A stretch of DNA of 64,000 nucleotides, taken from positions 1,146,424-1,210,423 of the forward strand of contig JAHBUP010000001.1 of the NCBI GenBank assembly GCA_019638015.1. The letters are read 5' to 3'. Positions 10,281 through 21,007 of this stretch are shown here, in pieces. A model generated the notes under the pieces. The model did not search any database and had not been told where the DNA came from. It saw only the letters and a program-made list of their open reading frames with translations. The DNA comes from Melioribacteraceae bacterium. Its GTDB lineage: Bacteria > Bacteroidota > Ignavibacteria > Ignavibacteriales > Melioribacteraceae. The translations under genes and the position numbers were made by a program. Within the stretch, counting starts at the first letter, position 1. Each line of letters begins with the position of its first letter.

Positions 10281-10967
10281 TTAATACTTCGGTCTAACTT
10301 TATACATAATTGGATCATCAACTCCGGCTTGGGCAAATCCACGCAGCCGGAAAGCGCAGCTGTCGCACACACCGCATGCTTCATCTTCGTTTTGATAGCA
10401 GGACCAAGTTAAGTCAAGCGGAGCGCCAATCTCAAGTCCTTTTTTTACAATCTCACTTTTCGAAAAATGAATTATTGGTGTTTCAATTTTTATTTTAGTT
10501 TCCGGCTTTGTTCCTAAATCTATCATTTTTTCATAAGCTTCAAAAAACTGTGGACGGCAATCCGGATATCCGCTTGCGTCTTCATAAACAGCTCCAATAA
10601 ATATTGCAGATGCATTTAAAATTTCTGCCCAGCTTGTACACGCGCTTAAAATATTCGCGTTTCTAAATGGAACGTAGGAAGAAGGAATTTCTTTATTTGT
10701 AAGATCTGCCTTTGTAACTTCAAGTCTTGAATCTGTTAGAGAGGAACCGCCGATTTTCGCGAAGTGAGAAAAATCAATTACCAATCTTTTCTCAACTTTA
10801 TAATAATCAGCAATATCGGTAAAAGCCTTCAACTCACGTTTTTCGGTGCGTTGCCCATAATTAATATGCGCAAACGCCAAATTGTAATTTTGATTTGCAA
10901 TAGCGGCAGTTACACAACTATCCATACCACCACTTACCGCAACTACCGCTGTTTTATTTCTTGTCAT
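10281..10967 (-). CDS. queC: 7-cyano-7-deazaguanine synthase
   Basis: PP-loop AVVAVSGGMDSCV and C-terminal zinc Cys cluster CGVCDSCAFR. Confidence 0.92.
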   Translation of the reverse strand: MTRNKTAVVAVSGGMDSCVTAAIANQNYNLAFAHINYGQRTEKRELKAFTDIADYYKVEKRLVIDFSHFAKIGGSSLTDSRLEVTKADLTNKEIPSSYVPFRNANILSACTSWAEILNASAIFIGAVYEDASGYPDCRPQFFEAYEKMIDLGTKPETKIKIETPIIHFSKSEIVKKGLEIGAPLDLTWSCYQNEDEACGVCDSCAFRLRGFAQAGVDDPIMYKVRPKY

Positions 10968-11047
10968 TTTTTCTTTAATTAATCTAATTCAAAAATAGGA
11001 AAAAGAGGGGTGAGAATAAAAAAGATTAGGGGGAATAAACATTAATC

Positions 11048-11920
11048 CTATTTATGCTTAGGATAACCTTTTTCAATAGGGAGTGATTCATCTCTCGACC
11101 ATTCATTCCATGATCCGAGATAATTTTTAACGTTTTCAAATCCAGCCATTTTTAATGCCATATATGTATTGGATGTCCGCGCACCCTTGAAACAATAAAC
11201 GTAAATATTACTTTTCTCATTTAATCCGTAAGATTTGAACAACTCACGCAATTCTTGAGGGGATTTGAACCAGGGGATTTGATTTTCATATTTCATCGTA
11301 TTGTACCATTCCATCCATGTTGCCCTGGGAATTCTTCCTTTTCGTGGTGTAAAATCGGGACCATAGGGAGATGAGCTAATTGCCACCCATTCGGCTCTAT
11401 CACGGCAATCCAATATTGTAATTATTGAATCTTCAATTTCACGTAGCATCTCTTCTTTTGTAATTATAATTGATCTATCTATACTTGGAATAAATTCAGT
11501 GGGAGTCGTTTGGGGAATAATTTTAGTTACTGGTAAATTGCAATTTATCCAAGCTTGAAATCCGCCATGCAAAACCTGTACATTTTTATGTCCCAAGAAA
11601 TAAAGGATGAATAACCCGCGGCACGATCTTCCATATCCATTATCCATCGCGTCTTCATATATAACAACTCTCTTATTTTGGGTAATTCCGGCTTCAGAAA
11701 ATTTTTTGGTAAAATGTTGAGCTAGAGCTTCGTAACCATTAGTTTCATTAACTGCCAGATAAGTAAATATGTCGTAAATATTTATTGCCCCCGGGATGTG
11801 CTCAATTTCATAATCTTCAGGTTCGCGAGTATCAATTAGGATAATATCCTCATTATTGAGCAATTCCTTTAATTCATTGGTTTCGATTAAATATTTATTA
11901 TGAGATGACTTAATTTCCAT
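11048..11920 (-). CDS. Two-domain rhodanese-type sulfurtransferase (thiosulfate/3-mercaptopyruvate type)
   Basis: Tandem rhodanese domains. Active-site loop YCFKGARTS in the C-terminal domain, followed by GSWNEW. Confidence 0.85.
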   Translation of the reverse strand: MEIKSSHNKYLIETNELKELLNNEDIILIDTREPEDYEIEHIPGAINIYDIFTYLAVNETNGYEALAQHFTKKFSEAGITQNKRVVIYEDAMDNGYGRSCRGLFILYFLGHKNVQVLHGGFQAWINCNLPVTKIIPQTTPTEFIPSIDRSIIITKEEMLREIEDSIITILDCRDRAEWVAISSSPYGPDFTPRKGRIPRATWMEWYNTMKYENQIPWFKSPQELRELFKSYGLNEKSNIYVYCFKGARTSNTYMALKMAGFENVKNYLGSWNEWSRDESLPIEKGYPKHK

Positions 11921-12059
11921 GCACTTGATTCAGATATTTTGTTAGGATAGTATCGTTAATTAAATAAAATTGTTTAGTGAGCGGATTGATTTTTTAACGC
12001 AAAGGGCGCAAAGGATTCGCGGAGAGTGGTAAAAAAAAGTGCGTGATTACTAACGCTAT

Positions 12060-12584
12060 TTAATCTACAATATCAGCCAATACTTTTATTTGTTGTTCAG
12101 TCATACGGAATATTGTCCATTCATCCATTGGTTTCGCGCCAAGATTTTTATAAAACTGGATTGATGGCTCATTCCAATCGAGTACAGCCCATTCGAATCT
12201 GCCGCAATCTCTTTCAACCGCAATTTTTGCAATCTGAATCAACAACTTTTTACCGATACCTTTTCCACGTAGATGAGGTTTTACGAATAAATCTTCGAGA
12301 TAAATTCCCGGTTTTCCAACCCAAGTTGAAAAATTGTGAAAAAAAAGTGCGAATCCGGCAGGTTCACCATCATAATCAGCAATTAAGGTTTCGGCATATG
12401 GTTTGTCACCAAACAAGTTTTGTGTTAATAATTTTTCATCGGCAATAACCTCATGAGGAGCTTTTTCATAATCGGCAAGAGCTTTAATTAATTCTAATAT
12501 AATTGAAACATCTTTGGCGGTACCTTTTCTTATCACTATTATATTTTCTTTGTCACTCATATTTTTCAATATCCTTTTGGTCAA
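12060..12584 (-). CDS. GNAT family N-acetyltransferase (diamine/spermidine acetyltransferase-like)
   Basis: GNAT motif A: LFVKPHLRGKGIGKKLL. Length 174 aa. Confidence 0.85.
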   Translation of the reverse strand: MTKRILKNMSDKENIIVIRKGTAKDVSIILELIKALADYEKAPHEVIADEKLLTQNLFGDKPYAETLIADYDGEPAGFALFFHNFSTWVGKPGIYLEDLFVKPHLRGKGIGKKLLIQIAKIAVERDCGRFEWAVLDWNEPSIQFYKNLGAKPMDEWTIFRMTEQQIKVLADIVD

Positions 12585-12797
12585 TTAATAATCCAGCGGA
12601 ACAAATTTCCTTTTGCAATTATATAAAAAAAACTTTGACATTAAAGCATAACTAAATGAAAATAATTTTGATTTCTATTGACAATTTGAAATTAAAAAGT
12701 TTGTTTAAAGGTGAATTTATTACCGACTGGCTAATGACAAGCTTCAAAAACAACATTTCATAATTCTCAATAATAAACAACAAGAAAGGGAGTTGAT

Positions 12798-13415
12798 ATG
12801 GAATATTATGAACTTCATCCCATTAATCCACAAATACGTTTTATCAACAAAGCGGTAGAAGTTTTAAGAGAGGGGGGAGTTATTATCTATCCAACCGACA
12901 CGGTATATGGAATCGGTTGCGACATTTTTAACCGTGATGCACTTGATAGAGTATATCAGATTAAGCAGGATGCCGGAACTAAGTTATTTAGCTTCATCTG
13001 TCCGGACTTAAAAGACATAGCTAAATATGCTAAGGTTTCAGATTACGCATATAAAATGATGAAAAAACTTTTACCTGGTCCCTATACTTTTGTTCTTCAA
13101 GCATCAAAGGAGGTTCCCAAAAAATTGTGGACCAAACGCGAAACTGTTGGAATTAGAATCCCCGATCATAATGTTGCATTAATGCTAGCCAAAGAACTAG
13201 GCAATCCAATTATTAGCACCAGCGTTACAAACCGGAAAGGGGATGTGCTGGTTAACCCTCTGGAGATCCAATCAATTTTTAATAATCAGGTTGATTTAAT
13301 GCTTGCTTCAGGTGCACTTGATGGCAATCCAAGCAGTATTATAGATTTAAGCGGAGAAGATCCCGAAATTATTCGTGAGGGAGCTGGGGACGTGAGCATG
13401 TTTTACCAGATTTAA
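12798..13415 (+). CDS. tsaC: L-threonylcarbamoyladenylate synthase (YrdC/TsaC family)
   Basis: YPTDTVYGIGCD motif and a single YrdC domain of 205 aa. Confidence 0.85.
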   Translation: MEYYELHPINPQIRFINKAVEVLREGGVIIYPTDTVYGIGCDIFNRDALDRVYQIKQDAGTKLFSFICPDLKDIAKYAKVSDYAYKMMKKLLPGPYTFVLQASKEVPKKLWTKRETVGIRIPDHNVALMLAKELGNPIISTSVTNRKGDVLVNPLEIQSIFNNQVDLMLASGALDGNPSSIIDLSGEDPEIIREGAGDVSMFYQI

Positions 13416-13441
13416 CTTTTTATTGTACCAGAATTTATTGT

Positions 13442-13464
13442 AGCCCCGAAACAATTTCGGGGCT
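13442..13464 (+). terminator. Hairpin terminator after tsaC
   Basis: AGCCCCGAAA-caa-TTTCGGGGCT is a perfect 10-bp stem 27 nt after the stop. The T-tract is weak (GCTTCATTT). Confidence 0.5.
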
Positions 13465-13558
13465 GCTTCATTTAAATCACTATTTTTAACTTTCCTTGAT
13501 AACCCATCCCATTTTTTCGTAATTTTAGCATCAATTTTTAACTATCCAATAATAATTT

Positions 13559-16024
13559 ATGAAATATCCATTTAAAGAAACCGAAAAGAAGTGGCAAACC
13601 ATCTGGGAAGAAAAAGGGGTTTATAAAACCGATTTATCTGAAACTGAAAAAAAACACTATTGCCTGGTAATGTTTATATATCCATCTGCCGCTAAAATGC
13701 ATATTGGTCATTGGTATAATTATGGTCCAACCGATTCCTACGCGCGATTTAAAAAATTGAGAGGTTTTAATGTTTTTGAACCAATGGGATACGATGCATT
13801 CGGACTTCCGGCAGAGAATTATGCTATTAAAACGGGAGTGCATCCCAAAGATAGCACACTCAAAAATATAAATGATATCCGAGAGATGGTTAAACATATG
13901 GGTGGAATGTATGATTGGTCTGCCGAATTAATGACTTGCGTTCCCGAATATTATAAATGGAATCAGTATTTATTTTTAAAATTGTACGAGAGAGGATTAG
14001 CATACCGAAAAAACGCGCCAGTAAATTGGTGTCCTTCGTGTCATACAGTTTTAGCCCGCGAGCAGGTTTTAAGTGATGGAAGCTGTGAAAGATGCGGGAC
14101 AACTGTTGTACAAAAGGCATTGACGCAATGGTTTTTTAAGATTACCGATTATGCCGATGAATTACTAGATGGATTAAACAAAATTGATTGGCCTGAAAAA
14201 ACTAAATTGATGCAACAGAATTGGATTGGGAGAAGTCATGGTACCGAAGTTGATTTTACAATTGAAGGTTTAGATGAAAAGATTACAGTTTTTACTACTC
14301 GGCCCGATACTTTATTTGGTGTAACTTATGTTGTACTTGCGCCGGAAAAAGAATTGGTACAAAAAATTACAAAACCGGAATACAAAGAAGCGGTCAACAA
14401 ATATATCGACTCAATAAAATCATTGAGCGAAGTTGACAGAACATCAACAGTAAAAGAAAAAACGGGTGTACCGACGGGAGCTTTTGCAATAAATCCGGTT
14501 AATGGTGAGAAGGTTCCAATTTGGATTGCTGATTACGTGCTCGCTACTTATGGTACCGGATATGTGATGGCGGTTCCAGGACATGATGAACGTGATTTTG
14601 AATTTGCTACAAAGTTTAATTTGCCAATTCGCAAGGTCATTTTACAAGATGGAACAAATGAGACCGATGAATTGACTGAAGCATTTACAGAAACCGGTAC
14701 AATGATCAATTCCGGAAAATATAATGGATTAAACTCCGATATTGGAATTGAAGAAATCTCGAAAGATTTAGAAACGCAGGGCCTCGGCAAGCGCACAACT
14801 AATTATCGTTTGCGCGACTGGCTTATTTCCCGTCAGCGGTACTGGGGAACACCGATTCCAATTATTCATTGTGAAAAATGCGGTGAAGTTCCTGTTCCCG
14901 AAGATCAGCTACCTGTTGTTCTTCCTTACGATGTAAATTTTAAACCGGATGGCGGTTCTCCACTTGCCGCTAAATCAGATTTTATAAATGTAAAATGCCC
15001 CAAATGTGGAAATAACGCAAAACGTGATCCCGATACTATGGATACATTCGTTGATTCATCATGGTATTACTTGCGTTATCTAAATCCAAATTATACTGAT
15101 GGAATGTTTGATACAGCCCTCGCAAATAAATGGGCTCCGGTTGATACATATGTTGGCGGCGCTGAACATGCAGTGATGCATTTATTATACGCCAGATTCG
15201 TTCATAAATTTTTGCGCGATATTGGTTTGGTAAACAGCGATGAACCTTTTCAAAAATTAATTCATCAAGGTACGATTACCAGTCAAGGCGCAAAGATGTC
15301 TAAATCAAAAGGCAATGTTGTCGATCCTAATTCATTTATTAATGAGTATGGTGCCGATGTATTTAGAATGTACATGATGTTCATGGGTCCTTATGAACTT
15401 GGTGGTGACTGGAGCGATAAAGGTATTGTTGGAGTTGACCGGTTTGTGCAGAGATCCTATGCAATTTTTGAAACGCACAAGGATATTGCTAGGCTAAATC
15501 CTTCTAATGACAAATATATTATCTCTGAATTGAATGAAACGGAAAAGAATATTTATAGAAAAGTAAACTCAACCTTAGAAAAAGTTCAGACTGAGATTGA
15601 TAACTTTCATTTTAATACTGCAGTTGCCGCATTAATGGAATTATTGAATGAATTAAAAAATTTAGCAGAGTGCAAAGCTGATGTTAAAACATATATATTA
15701 GAAAGATTTGCCGTAATGATTGCGCCGCTTGCTCCGCATCTTGGAGAAGAGTGCTGGAACTTACTTGGAAAAGAAACTTCATTATTTGAAAAACCTATAT
15801 GGTTCAATGTAGATCCTGACGCGTTAACAAAAGATAATACTACGATAGTTGTTCAAATAAATGGTAAAGTTCGTTCGAAAATTGATATGGCAGTAGATCT
15901 TCCTCAAGATGAAGTTAGAGCTAAAGTATTTACCGATGAAAAGGTGAAATCATATACTGACGGTAAAACTATAGTTAAAGAAATATATGTGCAAAATAAA
16001 ATTTATACCATAGTTATTAAATAA
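13559..16024 (+). CDS. leuS: Leucine--tRNA ligase
   Basis: Class I HIGH-type (AKMHIGH) and KMSKS motifs, editing domain, 821 aa. Confidence 0.97.
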   Translation: MKYPFKETEKKWQTIWEEKGVYKTDLSETEKKHYCLVMFIYPSAAKMHIGHWYNYGPTDSYARFKKLRGFNVFEPMGYDAFGLPAENYAIKTGVHPKDSTLKNINDIREMVKHMGGMYDWSAELMTCVPEYYKWNQYLFLKLYERGLAYRKNAPVNWCPSCHTVLAREQVLSDGSCERCGTTVVQKALTQWFFKITDYADELLDGLNKIDWPEKTKLMQQNWIGRSHGTEVDFTIEGLDEKITVFTTRPDTLFGVTYVVLAPEKELVQKITKPEYKEAVNKYIDSIKSLSEVDRTSTVKEKTGVPTGAFAINPVNGEKVPIWIADYVLATYGTGYVMAVPGHDERDFEFATKFNLPIRKVILQDGTNETDELTEAFTETGTMINSGKYNGLNSDIGIEEISKDLETQGLGKRTTNYRLRDWLISRQRYWGTPIPIIHCEKCGEVPVPEDQLPVVLPYDVNFKPDGGSPLAAKSDFINVKCPKCGNNAKRDPDTMDTFVDSSWYYLRYLNPNYTDGMFDTALANKWAPVDTYVGGAEHAVMHLLYARFVHKFLRDIGLVNSDEPFQKLIHQGTITSQGAKMSKSKGNVVDPNSFINEYGADVFRMYMMFMGPYELGGDWSDKGIVGVDRFVQRSYAIFETHKDIARLNPSNDKYIISELNETEKNIYRKVNSTLEKVQTEIDNFHFNTAVAALMELLNELKNLAECKADVKTYILERFAVMIAPLAPHLGEECWNLLGKETSLFEKPIWFNVDPDALTKDNTTIVVQINGKVRSKIDMAVDLPQDEVRAKVFTDEKVKSYTDGKTIVKEIYVQNKIYTIVIK

Positions 16025-16057
16025 AAAATCTGAAGTTCAAAATGTTTTGGAGAAATA

Positions 16058-17335
16058 ATGTTAGACGTAAAATTTATTCGTGAAAATCGCGAAATCGTTA
16101 AACAAGGATTATTAAATAAAAACGCAAAAGATATTGTTGATGAAATAATTCAACTTGATGAGGAGAGAAGAACATTTATTTCACAAACAGAAGAACTTAA
16201 GGCAAAAAAAAATCAAGTATCTGCACAGATTCCGAAAATGAAAAAAGCGGGTGAGGACACTACAGCAGTATTCACGGAAATGAAACAGGTTGGCGATGAA
16301 ATTACAATTCTCGATGGGAAATTAAAAGAGATTGAAGAAAGGATTGATTCAATATTACGCTTAACACCAAACATTGCCCACTCTTCAGTACCGGTTGGAA
16401 AAAGCGCTGAGGAAAATGTTGAAGTGAGAAGATGGCTTCCTGAAGGATTCAAATTTGAAAATGATTTTAAAGTTCTTGATCATGTTGAGCTCGGAAAAAA
16501 ATTGAACTTACTAGATTTTGAGAGAGGAACTAAAATTTCGGGTTCTGGTTTTCCATTGTATACCGCTAAAGGGGCAACACTAGAGCGTGCATTAATTAAT
16601 TTTATGCTCGATACTCATATTAATAATCATGGCTACGCAGAGGTGCTTCCTCCGGTTTTAGTTAATCGTGATTCAATGAGAGGTACAGGGCAAATTCCAA
16701 AAATGGAAGAGGATATGTATTTTATCGAAAAAGATGGATTGTATCCCATTCCAACCGCAGAAGTACCAATCACAAATATTCATCGTGATGAAATCTTAGC
16801 CGAAAAAGATTTAACAATAAAATATGTTGGATATTCTCCCTGTTTTAGAAGAGAAGCCGGTTCATACGGAAAAGATTCAAAAGGATTTTTACGTGTTCAT
16901 CAGTTTAATAAAGTTGAAATGGTAAAATTTTCTAAACCGGATAATTCCTATAAAGAACTGGAAGATATGACCAATGATGCCGAAAATATTCTAAAAGCTT
17001 TAAATGTACCTTATAGAATATTGATGTTATGTAGCGGTGATTTAAGTTTTTCGGCCGCTAAGTGTTATGATATCGAAACCTGGTCACCGGCAGAAAATAA
17101 ATGGCTTGAAGCTTCATCATGCAGTAACTTTGAAACATTTCAGGCAAGACGCGCGAATATCCGATTCCGGAATGAAGAAACCAAAAAACCGGAATTTGTT
17201 CATACATTAAATGGCAGCGGCTTAGCAACAAGTCGTTTGATGGTTTCTATCTTAGAAAATAATCAAACTCCTGAAGGTAAAATTATTATTCCAAAGGTTC
17301 TTCAAAAATATACCGGCTTTGAACTGATTGGGTGA
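16058..17335 (+). CDS. serS: Serine--tRNA ligase
   Basis: N-terminal coiled-coil arm, class II core (FRREAGS, GSGLATSR), 425 aa. Confidence 0.97.
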   Translation: MLDVKFIRENREIVKQGLLNKNAKDIVDEIIQLDEERRTFISQTEELKAKKNQVSAQIPKMKKAGEDTTAVFTEMKQVGDEITILDGKLKEIEERIDSILRLTPNIAHSSVPVGKSAEENVEVRRWLPEGFKFENDFKVLDHVELGKKLNLLDFERGTKISGSGFPLYTAKGATLERALINFMLDTHINNHGYAEVLPPVLVNRDSMRGTGQIPKMEEDMYFIEKDGLYPIPTAEVPITNIHRDEILAEKDLTIKYVGYSPCFRREAGSYGKDSKGFLRVHQFNKVEMVKFSKPDNSYKELEDMTNDAENILKALNVPYRILMLCSGDLSFSAAKCYDIETWSPAENKWLEASSCSNFETFQARRANIRFRNEETKKPEFVHTLNGSGLATSRLMVSILENNQTPEGKIIIPKVLQKYTGFELIG

Positions 17336-19155
17336 TTTTTAATGTTGAGTATCTAAAAGATATTCTCACTACTCAACGCTCTATATTATATGAAGGGATT
17401 GTTTTGTTCGGAAGTTTAGTTCACCTCAAAAAATATTTTTTAAAGTACAAGCAGAAATTATTAATTGGACTTGTTTGCATTTTATTATCTAATCTTGGGT
17501 TAGTTTACATCCCGTTAATTTTAAAAGATGCAATTGAAGCTCTTGAAAAGAATTTGTCGCAAGAAACAATTATTCGTTATGCGCTAATTATAGTTGGAAC
17601 AGTAATTGTTTCGGGGTTCTTTCGCTTTCTAATTAGACAGACAATAATTGTAATGTCTCGTGATATTGAGTATGATTTGCGGCAGGATTTTTGGGCACAC
17701 ATTCAAAAACTACCACTTCGATTTTTCCAAAATAATTCCACCGGTAGTATAATGTCTCATGCAACAAATGATATAAGCGCGGTAAGAATGTTTGTTGGTC
17801 CTTCGGTAATGTACTCAATTGATAATGGCATTCGTTTTATAATTGTTATTACAATAATGCTTTCATTGAATACTTCACTCACATTATATGCACTAATTCC
17901 TCTACCAATACTTTCTTCTATTGTTTATCTGGTTATGAAAAAAGTACATTCACGATACACCCGCATACAAGAAAAATTTGCAGAACTTACTAGCAAAGCT
18001 CAGGAAAATTTTGCAGGTATTCGAGTTATTAAATCTTACGTGAGAGAAGAATTTGAGATAAACGAGTTTAGGAAACACAGTCAGGAATACCTTGATAGGA
18101 AAATGGATCTGGTAAGGTTGTATGCCCTTTTTATGCCAGTATTTTCATTGATAGCAGGGCTCTCCTCAATTATTGTTTTGTGGCTCGGTGGTAAGATGGT
18201 TATAAATAATGAAATGACTTTGGGTACTATCTCGGCATTTTTCGCTTATCTGGTGATGTTAATTTGGCCTATGATTTCATTTGGCTGGGTTGCTAATATG
18301 ATTCAGCAAGCAGAAGCTAGTATGAAGAGGATAATGAAAATTTTTAATGAACCAGTGGATATTGCAAATACCGAGGCAACAGATTTCATTATTAGTAAAA
18401 TAAATGGATCAATTCAATTTGAAAATGTGTCTTTCCGCTATTCGGAAAATCTTCCTTATGTTTTTGAAAATTTGAGTTTTAAAATAAATCATGGTGAAAC
18501 AGTTGCATTTATAGGAAGCACAGGTGTTGGCAAAACTACACTTATAAATCTGATCCCGCGTATGTATGATATAACCGGAGGGAGAATTTTAATTGATGGA
18601 AATGATATTAAAAAAATTCCCTTAGAAATCTTGCGACGACATATTGGAATGGTTCCTCAGGAAAACTTTCTCTTCTCTGATACTCTGGCAAATAATATTA
18701 TTTACGGTGTTGAATCGAATGACGAAGAATTAGTTGAATCGGTTTCGGACATAGCTCAACTTAAAAAGGATGTAGATTCATTCCCTAAAGGATATGAAAC
18801 TATTTTAGGTGAAAGAGGGATCACATTAAGCGGCGGACAAAAACAGCGCTCGTCTCTTGCTCGTGCATTGGCAATAAACCCGAGTATATTAATTCTTGAT
18901 GATTCCTTTTCGGCGGTTGATACACATACCGAAGAGGAAATATTAAAGAGATTAAAAGAATTCATGAAGCAGAGAACAAGTATAATTATAAGTCACAGAA
19001 TCTCAACAGTTAAAGATTCAGATAAAATATTTGTTCTCGATAAAGGCCGGATTGCCGAAGAGGGTAATCATGAGCAACTTATAAAACTAAATGGAATATA
19101 TACTGAACTTTATACAAAACAATTATTGGAAGAAGAACTTTCGGAAATGGCTTAG
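17332..19155 (+). CDS. ABC exporter, fused permease/ATPase (MdlA/MsbA-like half transporter)
   Basis: Six-TM domain followed by Walker A GSTGVGKTT, signature LSGGQKQR and Walker B ILILDD. The exact start is uncertain (4-nt overlap with serS, or an internal TTG). Confidence 0.9.
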   Translation: MIFNVEYLKDILTTQRSILYEGIVLFGSLVHLKKYFLKYKQKLLIGLVCILLSNLGLVYIPLILKDAIEALEKNLSQETIIRYALIIVGTVIVSGFFRFLIRQTIIVMSRDIEYDLRQDFWAHIQKLPLRFFQNNSTGSIMSHATNDISAVRMFVGPSVMYSIDNGIRFIIVITIMLSLNTSLTLYALIPLPILSSIVYLVMKKVHSRYTRIQEKFAELTSKAQENFAGIRVIKSYVREEFEINEFRKHSQEYLDRKMDLVRLYALFMPVFSLIAGLSSIIVLWLGGKMVINNEMTLGTISAFFAYLVMLIWPMISFGWVANMIQQAEASMKRIMKIFNEPVDIANTEATDFIISKINGSIQFENVSFRYSENLPYVFENLSFKINHGETVAFIGSTGVGKTTLINLIPRMYDITGGRILIDGNDIKKIPLEILRRHIGMVPQENFLFSDTLANNIIYGVESNDEELVESVSDIAQLKKDVDSFPKGYETILGERGITLSGGQKQRSSLARALAINPSILILDDSFSAVDTHTEEEILKRLKEFMKQRTSIIISHRISTVKDSDKIFVLDKGRIAEEGNHEQLIKLNGIYTELYTKQLLEEELSEMA

Positions 19156-19157
19156 CA

Positions 19158-20945
19158 ATGGCTGATGAACAAAAAGATGATGAAATATTAGGTAAAGCTT
19201 ACGATTCAAGATTAATGAAGCGACTGCTTCAATATATAAAACCATATAAAAAATATGTATTTCTAGCTATCTCTTTAAATATTTTTGTTGCCGCTCTCGG
19301 TCCACTCCGCCCATATTTGAGTAAAATTGCCGTTGATGATTATATAGTCCCTAAAAATTTTGATGGACTCCTTTTAATATGCGCAGCTTTATTAGGCCTT
19401 CTGATGATTCAAGGGGTTGTACAATATTTTCTTACCTATTACATGGAATATATGGGACAGAAAATTATTTATGATCTTCGAATACAACTGTTTTCTCATG
19501 TTCAAAAATTGGCATTAAAATATTTTGATAAAACTCCTATTGGCAGAACTGTAACCCGTGTTACGAATGATGTTGAAGCGCTGAATGAGATGTTTTCTTC
19601 GGGCATTGTGGAAGTGTTTAGTGATATCTTTGTAATAATTTGGATTTTTATTTTCATGTTTCTTATGTCGTGGGATCTATCGCTTGTTGTATTGCTCGTA
19701 ATGCCAATATTGTTTTATGCCACATTTCTATTCAGAAAAAAAGTTAGAGAAACATACCGGGATGTAAGAAAGTATCTTGCAAATTTAAATTCATATATGC
19801 AGGAACATGTTACCGGAATGAGCGTAGTTCAATTCTTCGCTAAAGAGAAGAAAGAATTAAATAAGTTTTCAACGATCAATAATGATCATAAAGAGGCAAA
19901 TATAAAATCAATTTTTTATTATGCTGTATTTTTCCCTTTCGTAGAATTATTAAGCGCTGTTACTGTTGCATTAATTATTTGGTATGGCGGGGGACAGGTA
20001 GTTCAACAGCATTTAACATTGGGTGTATTAATAGCTTTCTTGCAATATACAGATATGTTCTGGCGGCCGGTGCGTGATCTATCAGAAAAATATAATATTC
20101 TTCAAGGGGCGATGGCTTCCTCTGAAAGAATATTTAAACTGCTTGACACAGAAACATTCATCAAAAATCCCGATGTTCCCAAAAATGTTGATAAAGTAAA
20201 AGGCGCTATAGAGTTCGAAAATGTTTGGTTTGCTTATAATGAAGGAGAATATGTTTTACGCGATATTTCTTTGAAAATTAATCCGGGTGAAACCGTTGCA
20301 ATTGTTGGTGCTACCGGCGCTGGTAAAACAAGTATGATAAATATTCTTACACGATTTTATGATATTGAAAAGGGAAGCATAAAACTCGATGGAATAGATA
20401 TTCGCGAACTTGATAAAAGAGATTTAAGAAAGTTTATTTCAATTGTTCTTCAGGATGTCTTTTTATTCTCCGGAACAATCAAATCTAATATCTCTCTTGG
20501 TTCTGAAAAAATTACCGAGGATATTATTGTGGAGGCTTCAAAAACTGTTGGTGCGCATAAATTTATATCACAGCTGCCTAATGGTTATGACGAAGAGGTG
20601 AAGGAAAAAGGGGCGACTTTAAGCGTTGGACAAAAGCAGTTGGTTTCTTTTGCCAGAGCATTAGCTTATAACCCACAAATTTTAATTTTGGATGAAGCCA
20701 CTTCGAGTGTTGATACTGAAACTGAAGAACTTATTCAGCATGCAATTGAGAAATTGTTGGTTGGCCGGACTTCTATCGTAATAGCTCACCGTCTCTCAAC
20801 AATTCAAAATGCAGATAAAATTGTTGTGATGCATAAAGGAGAAATTAAAGAAACAGGCAAGCATCAAGAATTGCTGGCAAAAAAAGGAATTTACTATAAA
20901 CTGTATCAGCTTCAGTATAAAGATCAGGAAAATGCCAGAGGATAG
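19158..20945 (+). CDS. ABC exporter, fused permease/ATPase (MdlB-like partner)
   Basis: TM domain followed by GATGAGKTS, LSVGQKQL and ILILDEATS. Lies 2 nt after the previous ABC gene, so a heterodimer pair is likely. Confidence 0.9.
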   Translation: MADEQKDDEILGKAYDSRLMKRLLQYIKPYKKYVFLAISLNIFVAALGPLRPYLSKIAVDDYIVPKNFDGLLLICAALLGLLMIQGVVQYFLTYYMEYMGQKIIYDLRIQLFSHVQKLALKYFDKTPIGRTVTRVTNDVEALNEMFSSGIVEVFSDIFVIIWIFIFMFLMSWDLSLVVLLVMPILFYATFLFRKKVRETYRDVRKYLANLNSYMQEHVTGMSVVQFFAKEKKELNKFSTINNDHKEANIKSIFYYAVFFPFVELLSAVTVALIIWYGGGQVVQQHLTLGVLIAFLQYTDMFWRPVRDLSEKYNILQGAMASSERIFKLLDTETFIKNPDVPKNVDKVKGAIEFENVWFAYNEGEYVLRDISLKINPGETVAIVGATGAGKTSMINILTRFYDIEKGSIKLDGIDIRELDKRDLRKFISIVLQDVFLFSGTIKSNISLGSEKITEDIIVEASKTVGAHKFISQLPNGYDEEVKEKGATLSVGQKQLVSFARALAYNPQILILDEATSSVDTETEELIQHAIEKLLVGRTSIVIAHRLSTIQNADKIVVMHKGEIKETGKHQELLAKKGIYYKLYQLQYKDQENARG

Positions 20946-21007
20946 TATAAATAAGGTTTTATATAACATATATTGTTGGTAATTAATTAAATAATCTGGA
21001 ATTTGTT